This document shows, piece after piece, positions 63,101-64,000 of a DNA stretch of 64,000 bases. The notes below the pieces were generated by a model. The model saw only the letters and a program-made list of their open reading frames with translations, ran no database searches and had not been told where the DNA came from. A program made the position numbers and the translations under genes. Numbering within the stretch: the first letter of the stretch is position 1; each line of letters begins with the position of its first letter. Source of the stretch: Phyllobates terribilis (lineage: Eukaryota); contig NW_027362764.1 in NCBI RefSeq assembly GCF_046119375.1, forward strand, positions 437,720,001 to 437,784,000. Reading direction: 5' to 3'.

Positions 63101-64000
63101 GAATTGGCCAATTTATGCGCTAAGATTTCTCATTTATTTACAGCAGTAATGCTATTCATTTTCCATATTTCATATTTACATGCGCTAAAAAATTTTTCAA
63201 AAAAATTTTTTTTTCATTTATTTCTATTTTTCTACAGCAGTTATGCTATTCATATTTCATATTTCATATCTATATACTCAGTGTTACAGTGTGCTACTTT
63301 ATTTGTTCATTATATATGGAGGTAGCTGCTCTTGGTGGGCACCTGTTCACGCCTAGTTTTTGTGGTGGAAGTGCCATCATTTTCTTTGTTACTAGATTCA
63401 GCGTTGACTGAGCACTCCACCCCCACCCCCATGCCGCAGGTGGTTTTAAATGCATCAGGATCTGTCTTTCCCACACATAAGCAGACGGAGGTCTCTTAGA
63501 GAGGTATTCACATTGATAGGTCCTGACATCGAGAAACGCCTTACCGCGGCTGTCAGGTACACATGAATAGGCCAATTTATGCGCTAAGATTTCTCATTTA
63601 TTTAAATCAGTAATGCTATTCATTTTCCATATTTCATATTTACATGCGCTAAAAAAATTTTCAAAGAATTTTTTAATTTATTTCTATTTTTCTACAGCAG
63701 TTATGCTATTCATATTTCAAATTTCATATCTATATACTCAGTGTTACAGTGTGCTACTTTATTTGTTCATTATATATGGAGGTAGCTGCTCTTGGTGGGC
63801 ACCTGTTCACGCCTAGTTTTTGTGGTGGAAGTGCCGTCATTTTCTTTGTTACTAGATTCAGCGTTGACTGAGCACTCCACCCCCACCCCCATGCCGCAGG
63901 TGGTTTTAAATGCATCAGGATCTGTCTTTCCCACACATAAGCAGACGGAGGTCTCTTAGAGAGGTATTCACATTGATAGGTCCTGACATCGAGAAACGCC
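57140..64000. repeat. 460-bp satellite: one inverted unit (57140-57595) then about 14 head-to-tail units running off the window end
   Basis: Unit period 460 or 464 bp, seen directly and in the repeating ORF coordinates (58218, 58678, 59142, 59602, 60062, 60522, 60986...). Very high unit similarity. Confidence 0.98.

Noticed and set aside
57014-64000. Repeating 60-93 aa ORFs on both strands (MANSCVPDS..., MANLCAKIS...)
   Set aside because: By-products of the 460-bp satellite. They start at non-ATG codons, have no recognisable domain, and are broken by T-run length changes.

Overview
This is eukaryotic, vertebrate DNA, most likely from an anuran amphibian (inferred from the CR1, L2, V-SINE, Penelope, Tc1 and hAT repertoire and a fish/amphibian-type 18S V4 sequence). 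No host protein-coding gene or exon could be supported. Almost the whole window is nested transposable-element DNA followed by a satellite array. hAT elements: two large Ac/hobo-type copies with exact 8-bp TSDs (8142-15172 minus, 26135-33291 plus), a third family whose transposase runs 54878->51177 and whose 3' terminus at 46476 interrupts a Penelope ORF, two hAT MITEs, and several ancient hAT relics. Other DNA transposons: a 5.9-kb TTAA-type (piggyBac-like) non-autonomous element containing a CR1 LINE, plus two partial relatives, and two decayed Tc1 elements. Retroelements: a Gmr1-like Gypsy element (SCAN-type Gag, protease followed directly by integrase, tRNA-Ala PBS), a Penelope element with about 1.17-kb inverted pseudo-LTRs each carrying a variant hammerhead ribozyme, several solo LTRs, and L1/L2/V-SINE fragments. 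The last 6.9 kb is a 460-bp satellite with a duplicated 4-mer block and an inverted first unit. All coding sequences are disrupted. The most notable observations are an 18S rRNA fragment inside a hAT subterminal region, the C3U/G8A hammerheads, and the satellite architecture.
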